From Cladosporium halotolerans (taxonomy: Eukaryota), in assembly GCF_011745625.1 (NCBI RefSeq), contig NW_027191478.1, positions 186,001-250,000 of the forward strand: a stretch of DNA of 64,000 nt, given 5' to 3'. The notes under the pieces were generated by a model. The model was not told the DNA's origin. It was given only the letters and a program-made list of their open reading frames with translations, and made no database searches. This document shows positions 50,621 to 62,868 of the stretch, piece after piece. The first letter of the stretch is position 1, and every line of letters begins with the position of its first letter. The position numbers and the translations under genes were made by a program.

Positions 50621-51527
50621 GTGGAAACATCTTTTTTCAGGAACCGGTGATCAAAACAGAGCCCATGCGGTGCTCACGGCGAAGGTTGGCCGTTAGTGTG
50701 AGGAGGGTTCTGGGTCTGCCTCTGATGTCCCAATACTGCACAAGGCGACGACTCGGTGTTCTGGCGTTTTTGCTTTCCGTTCAAAGCGTTTTCTCGAGGG
50801 ATTTGGTTTGTTGAGCGTTTGTTGCGTTTAGTCTGTTTGGAATCGACGGTGATAATAATCGAAAGCAACAAGGGTTCTGGTGGAGGAACACTTTGGTTGG
50901 TGCTTTGCTTTGGGTTTTGCTACTGTTTGCGGAAATTGCTTCCTTTCTCTCCTCTTCTTGCTCAGCGGCCACAGCACACTTCTTCATTTGAAGTCGTTGA
51001 TGTGTGGCTGCTGCTTTTGGCTTGTTTTGATGTCAGCGACGGTAATAATGGGTAATCAGAATGGAATGAAAACGACTTGAAAATCAATCGTGAAGCTCCG
51101 CCACCTCATTGTAGATAACAACACATGATACCGTCACCTGCACAGAAACGACAAAAAGCCCAGCCGAAGAAGTGTCTTCATTTACTATGCCCAAGAATAA
51201 CAAGCCTGATGCCTCATCCCAAACATCATGCCAAAGTAACGAATCTATCTACCTCAAAAAAAGAACAAAATCCCCAAGTCCCCAAGAAATGTCTTCATGA
51301 AAAGGAGGGTATATGACAGCAAGTAATCTTCGTGTATCAGGGGGAAACAAAAAAAGGCCAAACAAAAAGAGTTCCCAAAATCATGCGTCGCGTGGCCTCC
51401 CCCCTCCTCCGACGAAGGAAGGACCGGCCCATATTATCATACGATCATCACACACAGACAACCTCGTCCCTCCCGAGACGCGCAGCGTCCCTTCGCACCC
51501 ACCTCTTCCTCAAACATCATCACATCA

Positions 51528-54500
51528 TCACGTGAACACCACGCCCTTCCTCCCCAAAAAGCTCCCCAGCAACCCGTCCAGCTCGCCCATCATGCCCTCG
51601 AGCCCCTTGCGCTCCTGCTCGAACAAGCCGCGCATAGCCGGGTGCTCGGCGACCTGCTCGCGCTCGCCGTCGGCGTCGGCGTCGTGCGCGCTGTGCTGCA
51701 CGATGGAAAGCAGGTCTTTGACGTCGTCGGCGTCGAACCAGGCGCGCAGGTTCGCGTCGTCCCAGTGCGCTGCGCCGCCGTTGCCGGTTGGCTGCCGCGG
51801 GGAAGACGAGATGGGTGTGGAAGCTGTGGCGGGGGAGGAGCGGCCGTCGTCGGCGAAGGGGTCGGCGGTGGAGGGGAGGGAGTCGGGGGAGGGCGCGCTG
51901 CGGGTCGGGGGTTGGGGCGTTTGGGCGGTGGGGGTTGCGTCGCTGTCGGAGAGGTCTTTGGGTTTTGTTGTTGTTGTTGCGGAGTCGGGGCCTGAGGCTG
52001 CGGCGGCAGGGTCTGTGGGTTTCTCGATGAGGCTGGGGTCCGTGGAGGCGGATTTGTCGCCGTCGGTGTCGAGGGAGCCGGAGTCGTCGCCTTCTTCCTC
52101 TGAGTCGGAGTCTGAGGCGTTCATCTGCGGGATGTGCACGAGCTCGGTGCCGTGCATGAAAGTGCCTGCGCCGGGCGATTGGACTTGGACGGGGCTGGAG
52201 GAGAGGCGGTCGGAGTCTTGGCTGCCGTTGCGCGTGCGCTCTTCTTGCTCGAGGAAAGGGTTGGGGCCTTGCTCGTCTTCGTCGGGCGAGTCGAAGTCGT
52301 CGAGTTCGACGCGCTGCTTTGAGCGTTTGGCTTTCTTGGGTTTCGGGTCGCCCATGCTGTTGGATCTGAGCATGGCTGCGATCGGGGAGAGCGGACCGCT
52401 CTTTTCTTGGATGGGCGGCGGGATCTCCAGCTCGGTCGGTTTCGGGAGGTTCTCCTCGTCTCCAGTCGCCATTTCGTACGCTGTCTGCGAGCCTTCCAAT
52501 TCTGCAACAAAGCCATCGCCTGCCGGGGGTTGGTACTGTTGTGCCTGAGGGATTTGCTGAGGTTCGTCTTGAATGGGACTCATGATCCTGGAGTTATCAG
52601 TGGGCGGCGCCTTCTGCAGCTTGGCTCTGGCCTGGTTCCTGGTGTCCGCGGACGTCGGACTTGTCATCATCTGCTCGATGGGCGATACTGCGCCAGACGG
52701 ACCCGTGCTACTCTGTCCGCTGCGTGACATCTCAGCAGACACCTTCTCCATGTCGCTGAGCTCGCCCTCGTCCCTGCTGGCGGACTTCTTGTCCTTCTTC
52801 TTGCTCTTGAAGAGACCAGAGAGCATGCCGCCTTGCTTCTTGTCTGACTTCTTATCTTTCTTCTTCTCCTTGCTGTCTCTCTTGGTTCTCTCTTCTTGCG
52901 GAGAAGGAGTTTTGACAAGAGTTTCGAAGCTGTTATTATTGCGAGAGCTCTCCGTTGAGCTGCTTTTTGAGGCGGTGTCATCACGTAGCAGGCCGGGTGT
53001 AAGGGAGATCTTGCGGGTCTCAATGCTCTCATCCTTGAGGAAAGAGTCGGCATTGCGAGGCGTTCCTTTGCGTGATTTGAGTGGTGCAGCCTCTGTGGGG
53101 GATGATTAGTACCGGTCATGCGTAAAACATCGAGGATATTCAACGTACCTGAACGATCAACGAGCCTCGGGCTGAGTTGAGGGTCGTCGACGGATGATCG
53201 TTTACTGTCCATACTGGCTTTTCCACCGGCCGAATCAAAGGAACCCTTGCCACTGCCACCTATCGAGTCGCTGCTGAAGCGGCGTGTGGCGTGCACATTG
53301 GCTTCTTCCGGTGCATTACGCTCCTCAACCTCAGCTGGCTGGCCACGGTCGGACAGCTGTTCTTGCTGTTGAGGCTCCGTGGCGCCGGAGTAAGGATCGA
53401 TCATGCCATCCTCATCTTCCGTTGAATAGTCGTAGTCAGAAGCTTCGACGTAAGTGGGAGCAGCAAATTGAACTGTTTTCGCTGTTCGCCGGCGCATGGC
53501 TTTCTTGAGCGGGTTTCTTGTCTTCTCTGGGTTGTCACCAAGCATAGTTTGTGAGAGCTGTGAGAAGTCAGCGGGCAAATATCACCAGTCGAGGCTCAAG
53601 AGCAAACAAACGTCAATGTTGCGATGTTTGTTCAAGCGCGCCAAGCGCTCAGTGGGTGTCTCGATGTGTTCTGCAGGCAGGTAACCTAGTGTGACCATGT
53701 GAGCAGAAATTCGTGTTTGCTTGTCGAGTTGTACGCACCAATGCTGCTGTCTTTGACGACTCGGACGAGCCACCAATATGAATTGCTATCATCCAAAAGT
53801 ACCATTGTATCTCCCTTTGTGGCATTTGCTTGACCTTCGACAGTCGCAACGAACGTGTGCAATGCATAGACAAATTCGAAATCGATGTCCTCTGTTTCTT
53901 GTAAGCATTCGTCTTCCCAGCTGGAATCAATAAGACCATTATCATCATAAAAGAAAGTGTCTGCATCATCGTCTTGGATATTTAGTTTCGTGATAGGTTC
54001 AGAGAATCTGGTTTCGTTGGGAGGCCCATTGTCCGGATGTGACGATCGTGGAAAGCGGTCTTGTACTAGAGATCTTCGTGACTGCACATTGATCGCTCTT
54101 ACGTCGACAAAGTCGTGGCTTCGCATTGCCTCCTTGAAAGCAACGTCTTCTGCCTGTTGCTGAGCGAATGCATTTCCACGAACTTCATTCGGTGTCGCCA
54201 CCTGGTCAAGAGCCCGATCGCATGGCGAGTCGGCCAACACTTCCGACAGGTCCGTCGCACACTCAAAGTTTCCTTCAGAAGTTCCTCTCGTGTCCAGTAT
54301 CCAGTTCTTTCCAGTGTCATACTTACCCTTCAGACGATGATGCTCAGACGTTGCGGGAAAGAAACGACCAAAAGTTACTGGGGTAACCATTGGTGACGTT
54401 TCGGGTGTGCGAATAGAGGGCGACAGACTCTCCACCTGCGTGAGTTCCGGCAGTTCTTCGCTATGAGGATAGAGACTATCCAATCGCAAAGGTAAATGCC

Positions 54501-55008
54501 GCGGTATCTCAACAAAAGGCGAAGAGTTTGGGTCAGATGTGGGCGACTGGTTGAAAGTCGCCCGTTCATGATCGGCATGTTGAGGTGTACCATGTCCTTC
54601 CAAAGACATATTCGCAATCGCAAGGAGATGTTCTGCAGACGTACCATCTTCGATACTCGGGCTCGAGGACATGCGGTCCATCATGTCGTCGTCGTCGTCT
54701 CCGTCGGTGTCCTCCTCCGTCTCGCCGTTCGCAGTGTCCGTTCCGTCCGTCTTCTTCTCTGCAGCCTCGCCATTCGCCTGGCCATTGGTTGCTTGCCCTT
54801 CCACATTTTGTCCGGCCATGTTCCAAGCGTCGGCCAGGGTCTCTTCCTCCGAGCGGCGTTCCTCTTGTACGTGTTGGAATTGCGCGGCCTGGTGAGGCGC
54901 AATGGCGTCGGAGTCGGGGTGCTTGCTGTGTTCCGAGGCGGTGGGCGCGTCCTGGTCCTGCAGGTCGAGCGTGTCGGCGCGCACCATGTTGGGCCTGCCG
55001 ACAGCCAT
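51528..55008 (-). CDS. tea4: SH3-domain polarity protein, Tea4/TeaC/Bud14 family
   Basis: EDIDFEFVYALHTFVATVEGQ..LLDDSNSYWWLVRV..GYLPAEHIETPTERLARLN (SH3) and PP1-docking-like KTVQF. Introns near 53687-53740, 53560-53611 and 53094-53148, plus candidate 53892-54644. Confidence 0.88.
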
Positions 55009-55839
55009 GGCTCGCTAGGATATCGCTGTCGAGGGCGTTTCGGCTGGTCCGACCAAGGTCGCGCACGGGATGTCAGACTTCGCACGACGCAATTATGGTC
55101 TAGTCCAAGAATTGGTGAGACGGTTCAAGAGCGGGAGGATGGGCGTAGAGCGAAGGCAGAGCGATGCGACTTCGCGTGCCGCACGAGCGTCGCAGGGAGG
55201 CCGAGTTGGCGCACGGGGGAGTGGCTGGTCGCGCAGATAGCGGCAGCTGTTCGGCGGCAGTCGCTTCCAGCACGACGGCGCACGCGGTAGCCGGCTCGGT
55301 GTAGTAGGTGGTGCTGCGCGGTCGACAATGGATAGTCGGGGCGTAACGGTCGTAGACAACAGTGCGGTCACGGTGGGAGCAGACGACCGCCGGGGCTCTA
55401 CTCTCTCGCTCTTCAGGCCGGAAAGTCGCAAGGTGTGAGAGGTGCCCTCCTGTGTTTCACATCAAGGCCCGCACGCGCGCTAGCGCTTTTGGGGCCGGCA
55501 ATGCTGGCTGATCAAGGCTCGAGGGGCGGCGCGTGCCGCGTCTTCGGTCTACGGGTCCGCCCATTACCTTAATTGACCTTATTCACGTCCTTGCACATTG
55601 GATACCCTCCTCCCTCGCGTTGACACTGAATGCTTGACGAATGCGTCTAATGACATGACCTGTCGTCGGGCTATACAACCAGACCACCAACACATCATCT
55701 ACTCAACCGCCACGATTGATCTCACACGGTATTCTGTAGGTCTTGCACTAGCCGTTGCTGCCGGACCCTTTTCAACCGTTGGAGCAATTTCCCACACTGG
55801 ACGGGATGGCAATGGCTTAAAGCATCTTGAACGAGTGAG

Positions 55840-56433
55840 TTGAGGGTGCTGAAGACCCGGCTACCGAAACTCACTCCGTGGATTAGTCACCTGGCCAATA
55901 GCCACAACACGGAAGAGTTGCTCACCTTACCAGCAAGCGGACGCTTCGAAGGCTTTCGCATCAGCTATGACTCGCAATCCCCAATTTCAGTGAATGTCGT
56001 ATGCCCGATCTGTGGTCTGACACTTCAAGACTTTGAAGCTTTCAAGCAGCACTTCTGGACACGCCACCTTTGCTCCGAAGGAGAAGCAGAACACTTCCGA
56101 CATTGGTGCTCTACATTGGATCAGTATGTGCGCAAACCCATGAAAAGCGAGCGCAACAGACACTTACCCTGGGAAACAATGTCGAGTTGGTGGTTTCTGT
56201 GCAGCGCAATTGTAAAATGCCGATCATGCTCACTTTTGTCCGACCTCGAAACTCATCATCTCAGCCTTCTGCGACCGACCAAAGAGGTCATCGTTGAGCT
56301 CTTCCCATACCGCACGCAGATCGTCAGGCTTTACCCAGACTTTGCGAAGCACCCAGTCTTCGCAGACCTGGGCTGGAGACGTGGCGAGCACTACGACTTT
56401 GTCACGAGCCTCGCTTCCGCCAGCCTCTCGTAG
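55840..56433 (+). CDS. Hypothetical C2H2-like zinc-finger protein (5' end unresolved, possibly a pseudogene)
   Basis: CPICGLTLQDFEAFKQHFWTRH within a 197-codon frame that starts at TTG. No convincing ATG or splice join found. Confidence 0.4.
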   Translation: MRVLKTRLPKLTPWISHLANSHNTEELLTLPASGRFEGFRISYDSQSPISVNVVCPICGLTLQDFEAFKQHFWTRHLCSEGEAEHFRHWCSTLDQYVRKPMKSERNRHLPWETMSSWWFLCSAIVKCRSCSLLSDLETHHLSLLRPTKEVIVELFPYRTQIVRLYPDFAKHPVFADLGWRRGEHYDFVTSLASASLS

Positions 56434-57522
56434 TAAGCCCATGCGGTCTTCTGACCAAGACGAAGGTCAATGCTGTCCGCAAACCCGACGAAGAACGAAG
56501 ACAAGACGACACCCAGACTGACAGGAACTCCCACGGCCTCTATTTCTTTCGGCTAACTCTCTACTCACTGCAACGACACTTCCACCACAACAATCCAAAT
56601 CCACCACATTCTTTAGCAACCACGGCCTATTCCCTTCTCGGTCATTCTCGGTTCCGGCGCTAAGCGCCCTTTCGGTTTTTGTTCTTCTGCTTCTGGCGTT
56701 GCTTCTCGTAGTCTTTTCAGGCAGTCTCCATAATCAAATTGTAGTTGTTTCCCTACCTTCTATCCCCTGATATTCAGACCTCACAATGATCCTGACAAGA
56801 TATTGCTCAATTGTCGTGTCCTCTTCGCAAAGCGGAAACTGCTTATCGGTGCTTTGAAGAACGAGGACTAGAGTAATAACGCGTCGTATTTGTCCTACGG
56901 TGCATCATGGGAGTCGCCCAAAGTCAGCCAACAGCCCTGGTTGGCCACCTTTCATCGGGAGCGAACACCCATACTCAACACCCAGCATCCTCATCCACCC
57001 TGCCACTGATTCTCTGACGCTCTCACGAATGATCGATTCCATCGATCAATCCACCGCCCCCTTCAACTCCACCATTGCACCCCACAATTATCAGACCTCA
57101 TCACACCTCATCACACCTCACGCGAACACGCCCTCAGAAATTAATGAGCGCATTGCACGAAGATCTCCAAAATGTCCATTTCATCTCTGCGCCAATCAAT
57201 ACCTATCAAACAGCAAACAGCAACAGCAATAGTAGTAGTAATAACATTAACAAACACCGAACATGCAACCCGCTCGCTCGCCCGCTAGCTATCCAGCCAG
57301 CTCGCCAGCCTTGTCCTGCCACTGCGTACCGTTGATCCCGTGCTGTGCCCCTGCCCGTATCATAACATAAAAAGCCAAAAAAAAAAGACAAAAACCAGAC
57401 GCAAAAAGCCCCTCCAGCTGCAAGCACACATCACATCACATCGCATAAAAAGCAGCCACTCCGCACTCCGCACTCCGACCCTAAACCCCTCAGCGTTCTC
57501 TCAGCCCATTACATTTCACCCA

Positions 57523-59376
57523 TCACGCTTCCCCCCTCCCCTCCCCCGTCCCCTGCCCATCCAACAAAAACGGCCCGGCGCCATTCCTCGGCGTCCCCGG
57601 GCCCTCGGCCTCGCTGACCAGACTCGCGGCTAGCGCAAAAGGCGTCGTGCTCCTCGGCGTCGCGGAGCGGGCGCTCAGGAGGTCTGGTGGGGGCGGGGCG
57701 CGGGATTTCGAGGGCGTGATGGTTATGGGGTTTGAGGATGGTGTTGGGTCGGCTGTGGTTGATGTTGTGGTGGAGGATGTGGTGGTGGGAGGGGGTTGCT
57801 GGAGGGAGAGGTGGGCGAGTTCGTCGGTGGGGATGGCGGATGTGTGGGATTGGTGATTCAGGGTTTGGTTCTGTTGTTGGGTTGTGGAGGGTTGTTCCTG
57901 AGGTCCCTGATTTTGTTGGTCTTGATCTTGATCTTGATTTTGATCTTGCGTCTCCGGATTCGCGGGCGTCGTCGGCTCCTCGACACCCTCCGCCGCATCG
58001 TCCGACGACCCGCCCGTCTCGCCGCTCTGGTCCAGCTCCGCGCTCTCGTCCAGCTCGACGGCCGCCTGCGTCGCCTCGAATTCCACTTCCTCCACTTCCT
58101 CTTCCTCCTCTTCCTCTTCCAGCGGTTCCACGTCGGCCTCCAAATCCGCCACGAAGCGGCAGTTGGGACACAGGAAGTTGGGCCAGTTGGGCCCGTGGAT
58201 GAGGTTGCGCACGCACTTGTAGTGCCAGACGTGGCTGCAGGGGGCGACGAAGAGCGCCTGGCAGGGCGCGACGGGGTTGAGGCAGATGCTGCACTCCGAG
58301 GAATTGACGCTCGCGGCGTCGGAGTCGCGGTTCTTGCTCTTCCCTCCGACGCCGGCGCTTTTGAGCAGCCGCTTGTGCGTCGACGTGTTGAAGTTGTTCA
58401 GGCTCTTCTGCCAGCCGCGGTTGCACTCGACGCGGATCTTGACGCAGCGGAAAATGACCTCCTCGCCGCCCTTGAAGTCGATCCCGAGCTGCACGACGTC
58501 GCCGTCGTTGACGGGGTACGGCCTGCTCTCGACGCCGGGGCTGGACAGGCGCACGTGGTTGAGGAAGGTCCCCGAGCTGGACTTGACGTCCTTGACGTAC
58601 CACTGCCCGCTCGTGCACCAGAACTCGCAGTGCCGGCGCGAGACGACCTTGGACTTGAAGCCGACGGGCAGCGAGTTCTCCTCCGCCTTGTCCGAGTCGC
58701 GCTCGCTGTAGCGGCCGACGCGCACGACGGTGCTGGCGTTCTTGAGCGTGCGCGAGACGGCGGAGAAGTGCAGCGAGGGCCGCGTGGAGCGCACCTCGAC
58801 GTGCGGGATGAATCTGATCGTCGGCTGGGCCTCTTTCGCCGCCGCCGCGGGCGCGCTGCTGGAGGGTTCCGCGGTGCTCAAGGGCGCGACGGCCGTCGCG
58901 GCGCGGCTCCTGGTCATGGCGTTGGGGCTCTGGCTCGTCTCGCGCTGGACGGGGTGGGTGTCGGTGCTGGTGAGGTCGATGGCTTGCCTACTCAGCCCGC
59001 TGCGGCCCTGAACCGTTGGCACCCAGCCGTTCTCGCCGCTCTGGATGCCGGACTGCGAGCCCGAGCGGCGCGGCTCGACGGGGGTGTTGCTCGATTCGCC
59101 GGGAGAGCTGATGCTTCGTCGGCCGAGGCCTGGTCGCTGCTCGCGTTTGGGTTCTTGCTGTGGCTGTTGTTGTGCTTGTTGTGCTTGTGCTTGCGCCTGT
59201 TGTTGCTGTGCCTGCTGTTCGGCCCTCTGCGACGAGGAGCCGTGCAAGTGGCTGTGCGTGTAGTTCCTCAGATAGCTCAGGCCGCGCAGTCTGCTGGGGC
59301 GGGTGGGCGAGGTGGGTGTGGCGCTGGAAGTGGTCGTGTGCAGGGTAGCCGTGGCCGGCGAGGAGGAGCCCAGCAT
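57523..59376 (-). CDS. DMA1: FHA-RING E3 ubiquitin ligase Dma1 (CHFR-like)
   Basis: FHA domain RVGRYS..FKSKVVSRRHC..DVKSSSGTFLN and RING CSIC..APCSHVWHYKC..FLCPNCR. Confidence 0.95.
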   Translation of the reverse strand: MLGSSSPATATLHTTTSSATPTSPTRPSRLRGLSYLRNYTHSHLHGSSSQRAEQQAQQQQAQAQAQQAQQQPQQEPKREQRPGLGRRSISSPGESSNTPVEPRRSGSQSGIQSGENGWVPTVQGRSGLSRQAIDLTSTDTHPVQRETSQSPNAMTRSRAATAVAPLSTAEPSSSAPAAAAKEAQPTIRFIPHVEVRSTRPSLHFSAVSRTLKNASTVVRVGRYSERDSDKAEENSLPVGFKSKVVSRRHCEFWCTSGQWYVKDVKSSSGTFLNHVRLSSPGVESRPYPVNDGDVVQLGIDFKGGEEVIFRCVKIRVECNRGWQKSLNNFNTSTHKRLLKSAGVGGKSKNRDSDAASVNSSECSICLNPVAPCQALFVAPCSHVWHYKCVRNLIHGPNWPNFLCPNCRFVADLEADVEPLEEEEEEEEVEEVEFEATQAAVELDESAELDQSGETGGSSDDAAEGVEEPTTPANPETQDQNQDQDQDQQNQGPQEQPSTTQQQNQTLNHQSHTSAIPTDELAHLSLQQPPPTTTSSTTTSTTADPTPSSNPITITPSKSRAPPPPDLLSARSATPRSTTPFALAASLVSEAEGPGTPRNGAGPFLLDGQGTGEGRGEA

Positions 59377-60709
59377 TCTCTGTTCGGCGGTGGCAGAGAG
59401 GGGGGGAGGGAGAGGGCCAGAGGGTGTCAGGTGTCGCGTGCCGGTGGTGTGTCGAGACAGAAGCAGAGACAGGTGCAGGTGCAGCCGTCGCAAGACCGCA
59501 GCAAAACACGCGGCGCACGACAAGCGCTGGGCGAGAGAGATGGGTGGACGAGCGGCGTGCGGTCCCTGGCCGCCGTTTCCTCCCTCGCAGCAGCAGCAGC
59601 TTGCAAGGCTGCCAGGCCGGGTGGCTGTTGGCTGCTGGCTGGCTGGGCGGGCGCAGGAGGAGGGCTGGGATACGTCACGTTGCACGGCACGGCAGAGGGC
59701 GCGGGTGGTGGTTTGATTGATTGATTGACGAGTGGTGGAGCGCTGCGGCGGTGGAGTCTTGGAGGTGTTGCGCGCGGCGGGAGCGGTAGGGCCGACTGGC
59801 GCGGCGAGCCAATCTTTATGCTTGATTATTAGCAGCGTCTGTGAGGAGCGTTGCGCAAACCGTTCTGAGAGTGGGAGCAGAAAAGGACAGGAACAATGCA
59901 GGTCAGGCAGGCGAGGCGCAAGGCACACTGCTAGTATGTATACATCTATAACGCGGCGTGCCTTGATACCTAGTCTCGTGGCCCTTATTAGTCTCGCAGG
60001 CGACTAGGCCCCCCCGTCCCCTCGCCGCCGCCCGCGCTCTGGGCGTGGGAGCGAGTGGCTTTCGCAGCTCCGCTTCGGCAAATGCGCGCAATCGATAGAG
60101 CAGCCAGCAACAATCCCGTAGGATTCCCGAGATCACCTCGTCCACAATAACCTGCCTCTGCCGCTCTCCGATCGCCACACCTCGCAAACCTCGCGTGTCT
60201 AACGACAACCGCAAATCGTTATCAGCGTTGCCCCGAAGCGGCCTGACGGGCAAGACAACGCAAGACAAGTCAAGACACGCAGGGCCAGGACCGCAGGGCG
60301 AGACAACAGCCGTTGCGAGCGTTTTGCTGGCTCTCGGCTGGCGTCGTGCTGCCCGGATCTCGGCTGCCGCTAGTACTGCAGTGCGGCAGGGGGAATAATG
60401 TGATGGGATGGTTTGTTAAGACATGGGAGGGTCGATAGTACGTACCTACTTGAGACTGGTCTGGTCTATTGGTCTTCAATAATAATACATTTTTCTTGCT
60501 TGATCGCGCGCGACAGCGAGCAAGCAAGTAGTCTACACGCTCAGGAGTAAAGTAAGGTAGGTAGTAAGCAATATGCACATCGTACAAAGATCCCCGTTCT
60601 TCCCATCAAAGGGCTTCCATCGTGTCCCCAAAACACCGAGCAAATGCATCATCAACAACAACAAATCAGGCGAACAGACTCGTGCGCGGAACAGTCACAC
60701 GACACCCGC

Positions 60710-62443
60710 TCACCGTCTCCCCAGCCCCCAGCGCGCAATGCGATCCTGGATCTCCGTCCACGGGATCTCGCGCATCTTGACCCCCTCCTCCTCGCCCTGC
60801 TGCAGCACGACCGTCGGCGCGCCGCTCCCGCCCCCAGCATTCTTGACCTCGCCGCCGAAGACCTGCTTCGCGACGCGGCGCAGGTCCGCGATGCTGACCC
60901 TCTCGATGTTGGCCACCATCTCCCTGACCGGCACGCGGCGGCCGTGCACCTGCACCTGGCGGCCCAGGTCCTCGAGCTCGACCATGCGCGACTCGAGGTT
61001 CATGAGCAGCGAGGAGCGCAGCTGGTTCTTGGCGCGCTTGACCTCCGTCTCGCTGAGGCGGCCCAGGCCCGTCTCCGCGCTGAGCAGCGAGAGCTCGCGC
61101 GCCATCGTGTCGAGCATGCGCGGCACGTACTGCGTCGCGCACGCGGCGCTGATGCCGAACAGGCCGGAGTCCGTGTACGCGTGGTTGAAGGCCATGCAGT
61201 TCTCCACCCAGCCGTATTGGTTGAGGACGTTGGTGTAGAGGCGAGAGTACATGCCCTTGCCGGGGCCGCCGGCGGAGAAGGAGCCGCCGCCGCCGAGGAG
61301 GGTCTGGAGGGTTGCGAGGGCGTAGATGTCCGGTGAGTCGATGGGGAGCGATTCGAAGGCCAGGTGGATGTGGGAGACGCGGGGGAGCATCGGGTTCGGA
61401 GGGATGGGCAAAGGCGGGAGCGAGAGGAAGCCACCGGTGTAGTGACTAGGCTGCTTGTAGTCCACGGGGTCCGCGAAGGGGTCGGTGATAATTTGTTGCT
61501 GGGAAACAGACGCGTTCTGCGATGCCGATGTCGAAAGGTTCTTGAAGAATGGGATCTTCGACATCAGCCGTGAGTCCTGCTGCGAAGCCGTCTGTGATGT
61601 CGGGTAAGGAGGCTGGACCTGGCCAGCGCCCGCCGTCTCTTGTGCCGCCGCAGTCCCAACTGAAGCCGTCGTCATGTCCCCAAAGTACTGCTCCGCCAAC
61701 CGCACCGCCTCCGTGTGCTTCACGCCCGCAAACGCAATCACCGTCCTCTCCGGCCTGAAAAACGCACTCCTGTACGCCTCCACCGTCCTGCTATCAATCT
61801 CCCCCAACCGCTCCTGCGGACACAGCAGCGGGTGGCCCAGCGTATTATCCTTGTAAGCCGCCATGTGCACCAGCTCCGGCAGGATCAACTCCGGCTTGCT
61901 CCAGATCTCTCCAATCTCGTACTCCGCCGTCTCCAGCTGGCGCGCGACCTCGTCATCCGTAATCTTGGGGTCCCGGATCGTCTCCGCCAGCAAGCCCACG
62001 GCGTCCGGCACGGCCGAGTTGAACGTCGCGGACTGGTACATCAGGCTCTCCCGGCTGGAGGCGCACTGGATGTTGCCGCCCAGCTTGTCGATCGCCTCGA
62101 GCATCTCGTCCGCGCCGCGCGCGTTCGTCGACTTGAACGCCAGCCGGTCAATGATGTGCGAGACGCCGCGCAGGCTGGCGTTCTCGTACCGCGAGCCCGC
62201 ATCGACGTACACGCCGATGCCGCTGAAGTGGCCCGGCAGGGCCTCCGTCGCGACGCGGATGCCGTTCGGGAGCGTTGTGATCTGGTCGAGGTCCGTGGGC
62301 TCGATTTCGGAGGGGTGGCTGTTGGAGGTTGTTGCGTAGGATTTTCGTAATCGGCCGGCCGCGGCGCTGGTGGGTTTTGTGAGGGTGCGCGAGAGGCGCG
62401 AGGGGAGGCTGAGCGCTTTGCTCATTGTGGGTGTGCGTAGCAT
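60710..62443 (-). CDS. MAS2: Mitochondrial processing peptidase alpha subunit
   Basis: LPNGIRVATE, DAGSRYE, glycine-rich loop LLGGGGSFSAGGPGKGMYSRLY and LMNLESR..EDLGRQ. Confidence 0.97.
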   Translation of the reverse strand: MLRTPTMSKALSLPSRLSRTLTKPTSAAAGRLRKSYATTSNSHPSEIEPTDLDQITTLPNGIRVATEALPGHFSGIGVYVDAGSRYENASLRGVSHIIDRLAFKSTNARGADEMLEAIDKLGGNIQCASSRESLMYQSATFNSAVPDAVGLLAETIRDPKITDDEVARQLETAEYEIGEIWSKPELILPELVHMAAYKDNTLGHPLLCPQERLGEIDSRTVEAYRSAFFRPERTVIAFAGVKHTEAVRLAEQYFGDMTTASVGTAAAQETAGAGQVQPPYPTSQTASQQDSRLMSKIPFFKNLSTSASQNASVSQQQIITDPFADPVDYKQPSHYTGGFLSLPPLPIPPNPMLPRVSHIHLAFESLPIDSPDIYALATLQTLLGGGGSFSAGGPGKGMYSRLYTNVLNQYGWVENCMAFNHAYTDSGLFGISAACATQYVPRMLDTMARELSLLSAETGLGRLSETEVKRAKNQLRSSLLMNLESRMVELEDLGRQVQVHGRRVPVREMVANIERVSIADLRRVAKQVFGGEVKNAGGGSGAPTVVLQQGEEEGVKMREIPWTEIQDRIARWGLGRR

Positions 62444-62868
62444 CTTTTGTGGGAGATGGGTGGTTGTGTGAGGTTGGTCAAGACGTCACGCTCTCACTTT
62501 CCTAGATGCGAAGCGCTGGAAAGTCCGCGAGCATCCCCGAGGTGAGGCGCCGCCGGAATTGCGTCCGCTGTCGGACCCTGGTCTTGAGGCGATGCCGTCG
62601 ATCTGCGAACATATAATTCTATGCGTACACGTAGATTATGGCGATATCAGATGCGAAGTCTGGCTGGAGAAGACCTCGTCATTTCAATCGAGTTCTTTAA
62701 ATCGAGCGTCGAAAGATCGTACACATATGTAGACCACACTCTTTCGCAGTCCCTTCAGCCATGTATGATCGATCGAACATTTCCAATCCAATTCGAGCAT
62801 GGCTATCTTCCGTGGAAACAAGACTGCCGCCATTGTTCGCACAACACGCATTCATCCTACCGTCCTCC

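Noticed and set aside
57206..57252. CAG/CAA/TAG simple repeats, plus poly-Q and QD repeats in DMA1
   Set aside because: Ordinary microsatellite and low-complexity sequence.
57796..59724. Long antisense ORFs over DMA1 (likewise over DnaJ, TUF1, RNR2, tea4 and RPL32)
   Set aside because: Expected by-product of high GC3 codon bias. No independent motifs.
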